From Amphiscolops sp. MND2022 (taxonomy: Eukaryota), in NCBI GenBank assembly GCA_964187785.1, contig OZ076409.1, positions 48,238,001 to 48,302,000 of the forward strand: a stretch of DNA of 64,000 nucleotides, given 5' to 3'. The position numbers and the translations under genes were made by a program. This document shows positions 61,534-64,000 of the stretch, one piece after another. Every line of letters begins with the position of its first letter. The stretch's first letter is position 1. The notes under the pieces were generated by a model. The model was not told the DNA's origin, ran no database searches, and saw nothing but the letters and a program-made list of their open reading frames with translations.

Positions 61534-62840
61534 CCCTAGTCGAACATGCCGGAAAGTCATCCATGTTGCATTCATGCATGCATTCTAAATTTTACAAAAA
61601 TAGAAAATACTGAGGGCATGCATGGAAAAATTTTGTAAAATTTTCATGCAACATGCAAAATACTCTAAGCACATCCATGCAAATTTGAAAAAAAAATATA
61701 GCTGCAGCCTAGAAAATGTTTGGAAAAAATCCAGGCAATTTTAACGAAAATTTTCGAAAAGAAAGGCTAAAAAGGCTGAGACCTTCCAAATTTTAGTTTT
61801 CTCTTGATCTAGCACTTATACTGAGCTGAGTAAAAACTCGAAGAAAAACCAAGAATTACAATTGATTTTGAAATTTAAATATATATATTCGTCACTGAAT
61901 AGAAAACAACGCAAAGGAAATCATCACATTACAGAAAATTTTTTGCAAACAGTTCTGAGGTCCATCAAAATGGCTTTTTAAGATCTCGAACTTCAGAGTT
62001 CCAAACAGACTGACAACTCCATCAACGACACTTGCGCTAGAGCTGTTGCAACCAAGGACTGACTCCAAACTCGATCAGGCATCTGCAATTGCAGGAGAAA
62101 GCACCACGTTGACAGGGTCTGGAACAAAAACATAATTCTACATTACAATTGTCAGAGCCCAAAAGAAACCAAAAAGTCCTAAATGAACTCAGGAACTTCA
62201 GAAATTTACCTGATTCCTTCGAGTTCGATTATTTCAAAAAATGGAAGTTTTTCATCGAAATTCTCACAACGGCCTTTATTTACTGTTTGTTTCTGTATTT
62301 CAGACTTTTTGAACGAATTTCGTAGCTTGAAAAAGTTTGAAATTTCAACCTGTCAAAACAGCTGATTTTGATTTTCCGCTCTCAAAGTAGTTCCCTTGAA
62401 AAACAGTTCAAAACTTCAAATCGACAATTTTTTTGATTTTCGAAACCTGACAGTTTTTATAATATTGCGTTTCTTAACAGTTCGTGTGCAAAAAAATTCT
62501 ACTGAAAAAAATCCAGTAATACGAATTTGTTTGCCACACTGGCACTTTTATAAATTTGTTTACGTAATTTTATAGCGTCTGTGCTTACAAAATTCGACGC
62601 CTTGCCGATGAAAAATTTTTGCGCCTACAAATTTTTGCGGGGAATATGTCTTTAATTTCCTTAATGTTACTCTGAAAACCCGCTCAATTGTAAAGAAATC
62701 TTGAAAAATACCTGAAAAATTAGTGACGCAGCATGAAAATTTTGAGCATCAAAACTTCTCCAAGCAACTCCCAAAAACCTAACTAAATATCCTTGCAACC
62801 TATAAAAGCATGTAAAACTTTCGAGCACTTTCAACTAGGG
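61534..62840. mobile_element. Non-autonomous DNA transposon, CCCTAG termini, TA flanks
   Basis: TA|CCCTAGTCGAACATGC ... GCACTTTCAACTAGGG|TA (13/16 match); CATGC-rich subterminal repeats in the left arm. Confidence 0.5.
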
Positions 62841-62852
62841 TATTGACAAATA

Positions 62853-63950
62853 CACTATGGTATCAAAAAGCTACGTACACCAACATTTTTTTAAAAAAAA
62901 CACAGAACAGAGTAAAATTTGAAACAACTGTTGAAACGAATAATAAATCAATATCCCGTCAAACTACCATGGTTTTTGGTTACCTTCACCAGACGATTCT
63001 CATACGATGAGTACAAGTTGCGAACAACATCAGGGTTTATGTTGTTCCACACTTCCATAACTTTTTCTTCTAAATTCTCCCAGGTAACAATCTGACCTCG
63101 CAAGCTTTGTTTTAAAATGGCCCAAATAGTTTCAATAGGATGCAGGTCAGGACTGTAAGCTGGCCAATCCAGCACCTCCCGTTGCTTTTGGGCCAGAAAA
63201 TTGCGAACAACTTCACTTTTGTGTACTGGGGCGTTGTCTTGCTGGAACCCTAAATCCAGTATATTCAAATGTCGATCGCTTTTTGCGCTTTTTGAGCCTT
63301 AGGTTTGGCGCCGACTTTAGATTTTCTCGTCTTGTATCATTGAGAGCACCATCGAAAGCGCTATTAGTTCACTCTACGAAAGTGATTGATTTGATAAAAT
63401 GTTTTATTTCGTTTTGGGTTTTTCGGCACTTTGAGATTTTTCTCAAGTATTTTTTCTTTCAAAAAATTCCAAATTTTTTCCCATTTTTGGTGGAAAATTG
63501 ACGCTGGATAAAAACCAAGGGGCTTTTTCAACATTCTCGAGCACCAGCGTTTTCTGATCAGTCTTCGTTTTTTTGTTCAAGTTGAATTTTTTTGCGGCTT
63601 TTCTAGAAACAATTTCGTACTTCTTCAGGATTCTTCGAATAGTACATTTAGAAACTGTCTTTGACGTTGAAAAAGAGTTTTGCAGTACTCTTACTCGTTC
63701 TAATGTTGTTTCTGGGTCTTTTTCCACTCTTCGAACTATTAGTCTTTGCTTTTTTTCGCTGAGCTTTTCTGGCCGGCCTGGAGGTTTTTTGCCACATAAG
63801 AGTTCGTTCTCAAAAACGCTGATAAGCTGTTTGGGCTGTCGATCGAGATTTAAGACCCAACTTTTCTTTAATTTCTTTGTATGATAAACCCATTTCGCGA
63901 AGTGTAACGATTTTGCAAACAACGTATGAATCCAAAGGTTTGACCATTTT
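62853..63950 (-). mobile_element. Tc1-family (DD34E) transposon remnant, centrally disrupted
   Basis: GRPEKLS and VSKCTIRRIL HTH region (63443..63922); FQQDNAPVH...WPAYSPDLHPIE with 34 residues between D and E (62948..63268); TA|CACTATGG TIR-like end at 62851-62880; HINE end fragment at 63282-63335. Confidence 0.9.
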
Positions 63951-64000
63951 CAACAATGTTTAATTCAAAAGTGATTGATTTCACTTCCGGTTGAGAATGA

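Overview
AT-rich, repeat-dense eukaryotic DNA, most likely from an invertebrate animal (inferred from the TE families present). There is no operon or prokaryotic signature. Only one clear host gene is visible: an uninterrupted 759-aa ORF (57422-59701, +) with four Tau/MAP2/MAP4-like microtubule-binding repeats placed N-terminally of a long acidic tail. The rest is mostly decayed mobile DNA: two Ty3/Gypsy LTR retrotransposons (33599-38194, Mag-like with ~95-bp LTRs; ~39014-41965), two CR1/L2-type LINE remnants, a DD34E Tc1 remnant, a possible PIF1/Helitron helicase relic, several copies of a Helentron/HINE-like non-autonomous family, a ~182-bp satellite with trimeric higher-order structure, and a nest of MULE-like MITEs with 8-9-bp TSDs that share internal modules. 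The most striking observation is an ING-type PHD finger encoded immediately after the GPY/F motif of the second Gypsy integrase (39088-39222, -), the position where chromoviruses carry a chromodomain. It is absent from the ORF track. The region ~7.8-21.5 kb is unique-looking, strand-asymmetric non-coding DNA in which I could not build a reliable gene model. All family assignments are by eye from motifs; no searches were run.
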